Origin: an uncultured archaeon
GTDB lineage: Archaea > Asgardarchaeota > Thorarchaeia > Thorarchaeales > Thorarchaeaceae
Assembly (NCBI GenBank): GCA_964558645.1
Contig: CAZLEV010000001.1
Coordinates: 93,568 to 157,567, forward strand
Reading direction: 5' to 3'
DNA: 64,000 nucleotides
Positions 9,031 to 18,440 of this stretch are shown piece after piece; the first letter of the stretch is position 1; each line of letters opens with the position of its first letter. The notes under the pieces were generated by a model, which did no database searches, was not told where the DNA came from, and saw only the letters and a program-made list of their open reading frames with translations. The position numbers and the translations under genes were made by a program.

Positions 9031-10389
9031 ATGATGATTGATGAGAATGAACTACTCGCCCTTTGTGATCATGCAGTTGCCTTTGGAATGGCGAAAGGCG
9101 TTGATCAAATAGAAGTTCAGGCGCAGTTCAAGTCAGAACTGGAGACCGAGGTAGAGCAGGGCGAGGTCAGCAGTGTGAATCGAATCATGGGTAGTGAGAT
9201 TGCAGTCCGTGTGTTTCTCGATAAACGGATGGGTTCTGCATTCACAAACATTGCGACAAAGGGATCAGTGGCCGAAACAGTATCGCTGGCCATTAAGGCC
9301 TCCCAGTCTCTAAGCCCTGACGAAGATTTCGTTTCGCTTTCGAAGCCCTCCAGCTATCGAAAAGTCGAGGGATTGTGGGACGGGTCGGTTCTGAAGGCTG
9401 ACCCGGGCAGCGTGGTAAAGGACGTTGTCGAGATTGTTAGAATGGGGGCATCTCACGAGGGGCTCGTTCCTGCTATGGCGAGCTCAGGAGCCAATGCATA
9501 CCTTATTGCATATGCCAATAGCAACGGAGTACGCCATGCGGAGAAGACGAGCATAGGTTATGGGTTCCTGGCCGCTATTGCCAAGACCGAGAGTGGAGTT
9601 ACACCCATGGTCTTTGCAGTAGATATCGGTCGTGACCTCGCCATAGACAAGGAGAAGATTGTCAATGAGGTGGCCGACACACTATCCATTTGCAGGAACG
9701 AAGTAACCGGAAGGTCAGGCCGTCACGTGACAATCTTCCACCCTCGAGCTCTACTACAGCTTCTCCAAAATACTCTGGTCCCTTCTATCAAAGGCGAGAA
9801 TGTTGCAAGAGGCAAATCAAGGATTGCTGATAAGATTGGAGAGCAGATTGCATCGGAGAACATCACACTCCATGATGATGGAATCCATCCTGAGGGGGTT
9901 GGTTCTTCAGTTGCGGATGCCGAGGGTGTGGCCCGACAGAAGACAACAGTCATCGACAATGGAGTTTTGAAATCCTTCCTATGGGACACCTACTGGGCCC
10001 ATAAGATGGGCGTTCAGACCACAGGAAATGCCTCAAGAAACATGCGTCAGGGTCTCGTAGAGATTGAACCGACAAACATTGTCATTGAACCTGGAACCAG
10101 AGAGATTGATGAGATAATCTCTGGGATTGAGTACGGTTTCTATGTTCAGAATGTGCAAGGAGCGCACAGTGCCAATCCTGAGTCAGGGGATTTCAGCGTC
10201 GTTGGGAATCCAGCTATTCTTATCGAAAACGGCAAGAGAGTGGGGCAGGTTCACGGCCTGATGGTATCTGGCAATATGTTCGATATGTTGAAACAAACAA
10301 AGGAAGTCGCCAAGACCCCTCACTACTTGCAGGGTATCATCGCACCAGAGATTGTCTTCGCTGATATTTCGATTGTTACGAAGGAGTAG
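9031..10389 (+). CDS. pmbA: PmbA/TldE non-catalytic partner
   Basis: DAEGV, TTGNASR, HSANPESGDFSV; no HExxxH; 9 nt downstream of tldD. Confidence 0.9.
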   Translation: MMIDENELLALCDHAVAFGMAKGVDQIEVQAQFKSELETEVEQGEVSSVNRIMGSEIAVRVFLDKRMGSAFTNIATKGSVAETVSLAIKASQSLSPDEDFVSLSKPSSYRKVEGLWDGSVLKADPGSVVKDVVEIVRMGASHEGLVPAMASSGANAYLIAYANSNGVRHAEKTSIGYGFLAAIAKTESGVTPMVFAVDIGRDLAIDKEKIVNEVADTLSICRNEVTGRSGRHVTIFHPRALLQLLQNTLVPSIKGENVARGKSRIADKIGEQIASENITLHDDGIHPEGVGSSVADAEGVARQKTTVIDNGVLKSFLWDTYWAHKMGVQTTGNASRNMRQGLVEIEPTNIVIEPGTREIDEIISGIEYGFYVQNVQGAHSANPESGDFSVVGNPAILIENGKRVGQVHGLMVSGNMFDMLKQTKEVAKTPHYLQGIIAPEIVFADISIVTKE

Positions 10390-10513
10390 AAAGGTGCGGG
10401 AGGTCGTGACAAAGGACCAGTATCTCCATCCTTTGGCTTTTCTGCACACAAAGCATATCAATTATAGACATACCACGTTAGAGTTGCCAAGAAAGACCTG
10501 AGGTTCTCGTACC

Positions 10514-13500
10514 TTGAAGCGTACATTGATGATCATCATTCTTCTTACTGCGATGGCGTTCCCTGCTGCTTTCAGCACTGCAGAACGATGGCAAAACCCA
10601 CTTTCCTATGACTACGTGGCGGCTTCGCTCCGGATGGAGTTGGGTGTCGTGCAGGAAACCAGATCCTCTACGACGTACGAGTACAGGGATGTACTTCTTC
10701 ACTTCGCGGATGAGTTAAGCCCTCACGAGCTTTCATCAATACAAGATAGCGGAGTAGATTTCCTCCATCGTGGAGGTGAGCCTATTCACGTGGGTGGCTT
10801 TTATCGTGCGAGGATTGACCGCTTAGAATCACTGAGAGCGGCTCGTGATTTTGGGCTCCTGAGGGTCTCTTCTGGCTCCAAGCAGTTCTATCCCTCCCTG
10901 GCTTCATCTGTTCCGGCAACCAGAGCTCCTGATGTCTGGAACAATCTCAACACGGATGGGGTGGCAATTGATGGGAATGGAACTCTTGTGGCTGTTATCG
11001 ATACTGGTGCCTCATGGTTACATCCCTCATTCTGGCGTGTAACAGGAGGACCGTATGAAGTGATTCAAGATGGTTCTCACTTCTATGTGGACCTCAACGG
11101 GGATGGGGAGCCGGGAGTCGGTGAGGGGCCGATAAGAGTCGTTCACGCTCAGAACCCCTCAACCATAGAGGCCTCAAATGAATACCTCTACATCGATGTC
11201 AACAACAACGGGGTGTTCGATTATGGAGATGGTGACCGATGGCTCTGCGGTGTAGACTCGAATCAAGATGGCATCATCGATCTGCCGTCTGAGGATGTAG
11301 TACTCCTGAATGAGAGTAAGGTCTCTCTGTTCTACGACCAGTATTCCGGTGACGTCTATCAGCGAGGAGTGAACTTGACCTCTGGTGCGCTTAGCGTAGG
11401 CGACACGCACGGCCACGGCACTCACGTTGCTTCCACCATTGCAGGTGGTCAACCTGGGTACAGCCAGATGTTGGGGGCAGCCCCGGGTGCCGACCTGATA
11501 ATCGTAAGAAGTCCACTGCAGTCCAGCGACATCATCGACGGTATCCACTTTGCCCTCGCGAATGATGCTGATGTCATCAACATGTCGTTTTCCAGCTTTC
11601 TCGGTTTCATGGACGGGACCGATGTGGAAGACCTAGCCGTCAACGAGGCCTTGCGAAGATACGGTACTATATCGACATTAGCGGCTGGGAATCTTGCTGG
11701 AAGGTCCAAGCATGCCAGCTTTACCGTGACAGGTGGAGGGAATGGTTCTGCGATGTTCTCCGTACAGAATCCGCCGGATTACTCGTTTCTCAACATACTC
11801 TGGCACAGCGCTGATCGAGATGAAGAGATAGTCCTCACGACTCCCGGTGATGAAGAGATAAACCTGGGACGCTTCTCGGACATAGATGGAATGAGTTACG
11901 AGCTTGTAGAGTCAGAGATTCGAGCATACATCTTTCCAGATACGAGTATTCGGGGGACAAACCAGATAATCATCCAGGTTTCAGACGAAGAACATCGGTG
12001 GGATAGCGGTATCTGGCAACTGACCGTCATCAATAGCGCGGGGGAGCCAGTTCGAGTCGACGCTTATGCTTGGGATAACAGCTGGGATGGCTCAAATCTC
12101 AGATTCACTTCCCAGATAGATAACAGCCGCACGGTGAGCTCGCCCGGAACCGCCGATTTGGGAATCACTGTGGCTGCATATGATGAATCAACGGAACAGA
12201 TCTCATCAAGCTCGGGCCGGGGTCCCAGAATAGATGGCGTTCCAAAACCGGACGTTGCGGCGCCAGGAGCATCCATCCTGGCTGCAAGAAACAGCATCTC
12301 AAGCCTCTGGTTCTCGAGAAGTGGTACAAGCATGGCGGCACCCCATGTTGCAGGTCTTGTGGCTCTGCTTCAACAGACCTCATCGGATGAGTCTGGCTGG
12401 GAGGCCCTGAGTTCACTACTTCAAGGTGCAGGCGACACCAAGACTCACCATAGCCCACCTGATGACCGCTGGGGATACGGCCTCAGTGACGCCCTATCAG
12501 CTGTCCGCCATCTTCTTCCGCTATCGGCCAATCCAAGTCTTCCGAGTCAGGGATGGGTTGGAATCGAAGAGATATACTCGGGCAATCCAGAAGACGGGAT
12601 TGACGGAGAGCTTGACATTGTTTCTGTACTCGGATATCTGAACACAACTGCCCTTTCACTTGCCGTAGAGACTGCTCAGCCTCCTGATTTTTCCGGCACC
12701 AATACCCTACTTCTCGGGTGGGATTCAGATGGCAATCCCGCTACCGGAGATAATGGAGTGGATTATCGTGTTGAAGTGACTGGTGGTACTAGTCAGGTGT
12801 ATGAGTGGACGGGGTCGGCATTTGAAGAGTCAAGCATCCCGACTCTTGCTTGGAGTATCGGGAACACTCAGTATATCTCTCTGGAGAATCCATCGGCAAC
12901 CCCGGCACGTAACCTCTCAGTTTCAACCCTCAACACATCGGGACTGCAGGACTGGACGGGCTGGCTATCCTTGCAGTATAGATGGCGCCCGGTCGTTAGT
13001 GATTTCTCTCTTGCAGTTTCAGGTTCTGGATACTTGGCTAGCTTCAGTCTTCAGGACTGGGACAGCGATGCCTCTGTTCTTAGCGTTGGTTGGGCCTTGA
13101 GCGATGGTTCCTTCAATGCACTACGCTCCAACACTGTTATGGGAACCAACTCTATCAGCTTGGAAGGTGATTACTCCGAAGAGGACACCTCTGAGGCATT
13201 CAGTTTCATGCTTAATGTGAGCGATTCGGACTCTGTGCTCTACTTGCCACCTGTGATGCTCGTATCCGCTGGAGCTACAAGCATCCAGTTCTCCAATACG
13301 AGTCTGTTGACCAATGAGATTCGGGTGGGTCCGTTTTTCTCCGGGGTAATAAGAGGGAGCTTCAGCTTGGATGGCTATCAACTAGTTGAAGAGATCGAGG
13401 TTTCTTTTGTCAACGAGTTCGGTTTTGCACTGAATTTCTCAGTGCAGGGTTCGAACGGTGACTATTGGTTTGAGATATCTGCTTCGGGTTTCACTGCGGG

Positions 13501-13690
13501 GGTCTACGATGTATACGCAGTTGCGCGGATTGGAACCGGGCAGCGTTACGAGCACAAGTTCGGCACTCTTGCAGTCATTCAGGATTACTCCGCGCTTACG
13601 AGTCTGCTGCTAGTGGTTGGAGCAGGCATAGTTATAATCGTCGTTATCAGAAGAGTCATCTCACCCTCTCATAAGGAGTTATCATCATGA
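10514..13690 (+). CDS. Secreted, C-terminally anchored S8 subtilase (CspA-like, with inserts in the catalytic domain)
   Basis: Signal peptide; triad IDTG / GHGTHVAS / GTSMAAPHVAG; oxyanion AAGN; DxNxDG-type Ca-binding motifs between Asp and His; beta-rich insert between Asn and Ser; C-terminal TM followed by RR. Confidence 0.92.
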   Translation: MKRTLMIIILLTAMAFPAAFSTAERWQNPLSYDYVAASLRMELGVVQETRSSTTYEYRDVLLHFADELSPHELSSIQDSGVDFLHRGGEPIHVGGFYRARIDRLESLRAARDFGLLRVSSGSKQFYPSLASSVPATRAPDVWNNLNTDGVAIDGNGTLVAVIDTGASWLHPSFWRVTGGPYEVIQDGSHFYVDLNGDGEPGVGEGPIRVVHAQNPSTIEASNEYLYIDVNNNGVFDYGDGDRWLCGVDSNQDGIIDLPSEDVVLLNESKVSLFYDQYSGDVYQRGVNLTSGALSVGDTHGHGTHVASTIAGGQPGYSQMLGAAPGADLIIVRSPLQSSDIIDGIHFALANDADVINMSFSSFLGFMDGTDVEDLAVNEALRRYGTISTLAAGNLAGRSKHASFTVTGGGNGSAMFSVQNPPDYSFLNILWHSADRDEEIVLTTPGDEEINLGRFSDIDGMSYELVESEIRAYIFPDTSIRGTNQIIIQVSDEEHRWDSGIWQLTVINSAGEPVRVDAYAWDNSWDGSNLRFTSQIDNSRTVSSPGTADLGITVAAYDESTEQISSSSGRGPRIDGVPKPDVAAPGASILAARNSISSLWFSRSGTSMAAPHVAGLVALLQQTSSDESGWEALSSLLQGAGDTKTHHSPPDDRWGYGLSDALSAVRHLLPLSANPSLPSQGWVGIEEIYSGNPEDGIDGELDIVSVLGYLNTTALSLAVETAQPPDFSGTNTLLLGWDSDGNPATGDNGVDYRVEVTGGTSQVYEWTGSAFEESSIPTLAWSIGNTQYISLENPSATPARNLSVSTLNTSGLQDWTGWLSLQYRWRPVVSDFSLAVSGSGYLASFSLQDWDSDASVLSVGWALSDGSFNALRSNTVMGTNSISLEGDYSEEDTSEAFSFMLNVSDSDSVLYLPPVMLVSAGATSIQFSNTSLLTNEIRVGPFFSGVIRGSFSLDGYQLVEEIEVSFVNEFGFALNFSVQGSNGDYWFEISASGFTAGVYDVYAVARIGTGQRYEHKFGTLAVIQDYSALTSLLLVVGAGIVIIVVIRRVISPSHKELSS

Positions 13691-14970
13691 GAATTGTCGT
13701 TGTTGGTTATGGTCCCGGAGGGGTTTCCGCGGCCAATGCAGCACATATGTTCGCTCAGGATGCTGAGGTTGTTATCATAACCGAGGAAACATCTCCCGCA
13801 CACAGAAAACCGGGGTCCTCACTAGCATTGGAGTATCCTGAAACTGACAGACTCAACATCCCCGACTGGACACCCGAGTCGCTTGAGAAGAAGGGTATTG
13901 AGGTTGTGACCGGCCATCGTGTAGTGTCAGGCGACCTGAAGGACAAGAATATTGTCGTCATTGGTCCAGAGGGTGAAGAGAAGACAATGGGCTATGACAA
14001 ACTGATACTTGCAACGGGCGGGAAGCCCTATGTTCCTGATATTCCAGGCACCGACCTGGAAGGCGTTTACACAATCCAGGATGTTTCAGATGCGTCAAGA
14101 GTGGGTCAGCGTCTGTCTAACATTGAAACCGTGGTTGTAGTGGGCGCGGGATTCAGCGGCCTGGAGGTTGCAGAGCGATTCTTCGAGTTAGGGAAGAGAG
14201 TGCACATCATTGTGCGGTCCCGGCTTCTTCGACGCCTCTTGGAGCCTGAGCTTAGCGAAGAGCTTCAATCTAGAATTCCCTCAGCTATTCGTGTACATCA
14301 GGGCAATACGCCACAGCGGGTTCTCGGCGATACACAGGTTGAGGGACTTGTTGTTGGCGAGAAGACCATCGAGACCCAAGCAGTTCTGTTCATGACGGGT
14401 GTCACTCCAAACACGGAACTCGCACGAGAACTCGGTCTCGATATCGGTGAGCTTGATGGAGTGGTGGTGGATGAAAGGATGCAAACATCGGATGGGGATG
14501 TCTATGCTGTAGGCGACTGTGTTCAGATGCATGATTTCTTGACAGGCGAACCTGTGCTGATGCCCATCGGCAGTGTGGCTGCTCGAGCAGGTCGTCAAGC
14601 TGGTGTTGCTGCCGTTGGAAACAATCGCCTCTACCCGGAAACCAAGCTCAGATTTCAGTACGACCGAATATTCGACACGGACATCGTATGCATGGGCCAT
14701 TCTTCGGAGATAGCAGGCAGGGTTGGCAATGAGGTACGGGTCACTCTTCTTCAGGATGATAGCGAGGCTGCAAAGATTGCGTTGGTTACTGATATGAACG
14801 ACCGCATTGTTGGTGGACAGGTTCTTGCATCAAGGATGGGTCCGAGAATTGGATATCAGATCCTTGCGAGGATGGACGAGGGACTGAAGTTAAGTGAGGC
14901 CCCTCTGCTTGATCCTCGCCATGACCAAATCAAGAGCCTTCTGGAGGAAACACTTGGCCCAATAGACTAG
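13687..14970 (+). CDS. FAD-dependent pyridine nucleotide-disulfide oxidoreductase (NADH oxidase/CoADR-like, lacking the redox Cys)
   Basis: GYGPGG, LATG, GAGFSGLE, TSDGDVYAVGD; ATGA overlap with the upstream S8 gene. Confidence 0.88.
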   Translation: MRIVVVGYGPGGVSAANAAHMFAQDAEVVIITEETSPAHRKPGSSLALEYPETDRLNIPDWTPESLEKKGIEVVTGHRVVSGDLKDKNIVVIGPEGEEKTMGYDKLILATGGKPYVPDIPGTDLEGVYTIQDVSDASRVGQRLSNIETVVVVGAGFSGLEVAERFFELGKRVHIIVRSRLLRRLLEPELSEELQSRIPSAIRVHQGNTPQRVLGDTQVEGLVVGEKTIETQAVLFMTGVTPNTELARELGLDIGELDGVVVDERMQTSDGDVYAVGDCVQMHDFLTGEPVLMPIGSVAARAGRQAGVAAVGNNRLYPETKLRFQYDRIFDTDIVCMGHSSEIAGRVGNEVRVTLLQDDSEAAKIALVTDMNDRIVGGQVLASRMGPRIGYQILARMDEGLKLSEAPLLDPRHDQIKSLLEETLGPID

Positions 14971-14974
14971 GTCG

Positions 14975-17866
14975 CTATTCAATCTCTGGCGGCCTTCCTC
15001 TATCCTCCACCTCAATTTCCCATTCACCATCATCATATCTTCTAGGCCGTTTCTTGCGGCCATATTTGAGATAGGCCACATAGACGATTCCAACTGCAAC
15101 TGTCGCCAAGAAACCTCCTATGACCAGGGTTGAAAACTCCGGGTCAACCGTTTCGGCGGCTACAAGAAAGGTCTTCTTGAACAACTTCACGTTCCCTTCC
15201 GAATCCACGGCTCTGATTGCTATGTCGTAAAAACCCCCTGTTTCAATCACGAAGCTCGATGTGAACTTGTACCCCAGAGACTCAACCATACTGTCGGTGA
15301 CATTCTCGCCACTTGGGCTGGTGATTGTTATTGAGACAGTTTCAAGGTCTTCGTCAAAAATGTACGTTGTGACATTGGCCTCTTCTCCAATCTCTCCTCT
15401 GTTCAGTACTACATCGAATATCCTTGGTCTGGCCGGGATTACGTTTTCAGCGATGTTTCTGAGAAGATTAAGATTGTCTGCTCCTCCTCTGACGGCATCA
15501 TATACCGTGCTATCATAGAGAATGGATCCGTCTGAGACCGCAATCACTTTTCCATTTCCATAGTCAGCCTTAGCGAGCACCGCGTGATTCTTCTCAGAAT
15601 CAATCCAGAATAGTCCTTGTGCACCTGCAACAGAGGGGTCTACACTGAAAGTGCTGCCCATCAGAATATACAAATCCGAAACGCCTACAGTAAGTGGGTC
15701 ATCTTCAACAACTCCGCCGTATGACTCGCCGTAGAACCTGCCCGTGAACTGTGTCATTCCAACACCTATCCCCTTCTCTTCGCACTGAATGCCAACAGGG
15801 GCAAGAATCCTGTTATACGATTCAATGGCAAAACTGGCACTCTGGGTGGTGCTGTCATAGAACTCTGAGAGAATCAGCAGAGTGCCTCCATCCTGGATGA
15901 ACTGGTGGATAGCCTCAACCTCGGCGTCTGTGTAGTATGTTTCGGTGTCCATTATCATGAAGACATCGGACTGTGAGAGGTCTCCATATCGAATTGGAGC
16001 CGCCTCCATTGGATCGGAAAACAGGTCCATGATCACCCCCTTGCCACGCAGGTAGTCTTCAAAGTAGCGATAGTAGGTCGGATCATCTGGATCATCAAGG
16101 GAGTGATGGGACATGTCAACTAACAACCTACCGCCATACGTGGATATAGTGAAATCAATCTCAATGCTACAGGCGGTCACATTGGCTGCAATGAGTTGCA
16201 GACACGCTTGATAGTGGCCCGTCGAACTCAACGGGAGGTCTTGAGGGATCTCAAGGTTGATGCTGAAGTAAGAATAGCCCGCCCGGATGTCAACAGCGTC
16301 TTCTGTCACTATGAAATCGCTTGCATTTCCGTTGATTTGGATTGCTGCCGGTCCAAGATTCACAGTTGAGATGACTGTGACATTCTGTGCCTCACGTTCG
16401 TCTCCAACAATGAGGACTCCGCTGCCCCCAGGCAAGGTCGGATACCTTAGAGGGGCTGCTACAGTGATCATTCGCGACGTATTACTGATAAGCTCAGAGG
16501 ACTTCGAGGCGTTGACAATTCCGTGGCCCTGCGCCATGGCATCTTGTTTCAGGTCTGTGGCTCCCTTCATCAAGTAGCTCTTGATTTCAAGGGGCGTAAG
16601 CCCGGTGTACTGATTCATGAGGAGTGCTGACACTCCTGCCGCCAGTGGTGCAGACACGGAGGTTCCTGACCATTGCGTGTAGAGATCTCCGAACTGGCTG
16701 AAGTTGTAGAGGGGGTATTCGAAAGAGTCTGCGCCATCCCATCGGCCTGACACTACATTGGAGCCGGGCGCCAGGATATCGGGCCTCGTGAATACTCCGG
16801 GCGGATTGGTTATCGTCCTGATGACAGGACCTCTACTGCTAAATGATACGACTCCACTTCCCCCTGAGGATGCTCCAACAGCCACGACTTCCTCTACTAT
16901 TGCAGGAGAGTTGATTGTTTCCGTCGCTGGGCCATCATTTCCTGCAGCAACAAACACCGGCGTGTGTCCCTCTCGTACGGCGGCTCGGGCCGCAAGTGCC
17001 GAAGGATCCACGTAATTCGAGTCACTCCAACTGCCTCCAAGACTCAGACTGATTGCGTCCACACCTTGTTCCACAGCAAACTCTATTCCTTCTGCTATTA
17101 CGGAGTCCTGACCGGAACCAGTCTCATCAAGGACCTTGATAATCAGAAGTTCAGCGCCCGGAGCCATCCCTGTAAATGCCCCATCCATTCCCTCTCCTGA
17201 TCCTGCAATGAGCCATGCACATGCAGTCCCGTGGCCGTTGTCATCATAAGCATCGACGCCGTCAGAAGGATCCATATCATGCTCCTCGTTCACCAAATCC
17301 TGGAAACCTGCAAGTCTGTCAGCCAAGTCGAGATGGTCTCCTTGTACACCACTGTCTAGCACAGCGACTGTAATGCCGGTCCCGTTATACCCTTCATTCC
17401 AGAGCCTTCCAACGTCCATTATCTCATCCGGATGGACATAGCTGACGCCGTTACTCATGCTCAATTCATGAGAATCTGGTCGGGACTCGAAATCGAATGT
17501 TCTGTCAATGTCAACAGCTTCAACTTGAGCAACATCAGCCAACCGATGGATAGCATCTAAATTAGCATATGCAGAAACAACAGGGATGAGACTGAACACA
17601 TGTCGTAAAGTGATGGCGTTCCCAACGTACCCCATCACTAAGTTGGTCATCTCGAGCGAGGTGGTGCCATGTGGGAATCTGGCAACAATCGGAATCAGAC
17701 CGTCCGATGCGGTGGCACTCATCTCTTTCACGAGCATCGGTCCAATCTTCGTACTTATGTTTGCGTTTGTCTTGCCATCAGCTGGTATCACAATCCCCCA
17801 GAGAGGGCCCAAGAATAGCACGACAAGCGTCATGGCAATGATCTGCTTTCGGTTCAAGTTCATCAT
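14975..17866 (-). CDS. Type-I membrane S8 protease with a GATase-like domain; Site-1 protease (MBTPS1/SKI-1)-like
   Basis: Signal peptide, I9-like propeptide, VLDSG / GHGT / GNDGP / SGTSVSAP, QGHG, then a beta domain, a DUF4350/GldG-like alpha-beta domain, a beta domain, a TM helix and a charged tail. Confidence 0.88.
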   Translation of the reverse strand: MMNLNRKQIIAMTLVVLFLGPLWGIVIPADGKTNANISTKIGPMLVKEMSATASDGLIPIVARFPHGTTSLEMTNLVMGYVGNAITLRHVFSLIPVVSAYANLDAIHRLADVAQVEAVDIDRTFDFESRPDSHELSMSNGVSYVHPDEIMDVGRLWNEGYNGTGITVAVLDSGVQGDHLDLADRLAGFQDLVNEEHDMDPSDGVDAYDDNGHGTACAWLIAGSGEGMDGAFTGMAPGAELLIIKVLDETGSGQDSVIAEGIEFAVEQGVDAISLSLGGSWSDSNYVDPSALAARAAVREGHTPVFVAAGNDGPATETINSPAIVEEVVAVGASSGGSGVVSFSSRGPVIRTITNPPGVFTRPDILAPGSNVVSGRWDGADSFEYPLYNFSQFGDLYTQWSGTSVSAPLAAGVSALLMNQYTGLTPLEIKSYLMKGATDLKQDAMAQGHGIVNASKSSELISNTSRMITVAAPLRYPTLPGGSGVLIVGDEREAQNVTVISTVNLGPAAIQINGNASDFIVTEDAVDIRAGYSYFSINLEIPQDLPLSSTGHYQACLQLIAANVTACSIEIDFTISTYGGRLLVDMSHHSLDDPDDPTYYRYFEDYLRGKGVIMDLFSDPMEAAPIRYGDLSQSDVFMIMDTETYYTDAEVEAIHQFIQDGGTLLILSEFYDSTTQSASFAIESYNRILAPVGIQCEEKGIGVGMTQFTGRFYGESYGGVVEDDPLTVGVSDLYILMGSTFSVDPSVAGAQGLFWIDSEKNHAVLAKADYGNGKVIAVSDGSILYDSTVYDAVRGGADNLNLLRNIAENVIPARPRIFDVVLNRGEIGEEANVTTYIFDEDLETVSITITSPSGENVTDSMVESLGYKFTSSFVIETGGFYDIAIRAVDSEGNVKLFKKTFLVAAETVDPEFSTLVIGGFLATVAVGIVYVAYLKYGRKKRPRRYDDGEWEIEVEDRGRPPEIE

Positions 17867-18035
17867 CCTGCGTTTTGTAGGTGCTCTTGCTCGATTCTGT
17901 GATTCTTCAATTAAGCCTTATCTTGAGGGCGGAATCTCTTCGGAGTCAGCTCGGTGTGGCCGAGAAATAGACCCAATACACTTTTCGACCAGTAGTACTT
18001 GGGTTAGACCACCTAACAAGAAGGAGATGGAATAA

Positions 18036-18326
18036 ATGGGAAGTAAACCACCGCTATACGAAAGAAGACTCCAGCTGAAGCACTTTTTTGATGATCGAAC
18101 CACCGGGCAGACCCGAAGAACGTGGCTCGAGCTTCAGCTTCAGCCGCCAGAGAAGAGCTCTGAGGGCTGGGTTAATGACGGCAGGATTCGCCTGAGTCTC
18201 GGAGAAGACCGCGATGTAAAGGGATCCTTCCTGCTATCAATAGAGGAGGCGTCTCGGATGTTCAAAGTACTTGAGATGATGTTTGAGGATCATGAGCACC
18301 AGAAGGCTGAACTCTGGAGAGAGTAG
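18036..18326 (+). CDS. Hypothetical protein (96 aa)
   Basis: GGAGATGG upstream; compact pattern of beta-strands plus a C-terminal helix. Confidence 0.75.
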   Translation: MGSKPPLYERRLQLKHFFDDRTTGQTRRTWLELQLQPPEKSSEGWVNDGRIRLSLGEDRDVKGSFLLSIEEASRMFKVLEMMFEDHEHQKAELWRE

Positions 18327-18440
18327 ATCTTCGCTGAAAAGAGCCCTAAACAACTGGTCACCAGCATCTTCTCGTCAAGACCGTTAATCAGGAATAGATT
18401 TATTCAATGATCTCAACTACTACTCCGAGGAGGAAACACC

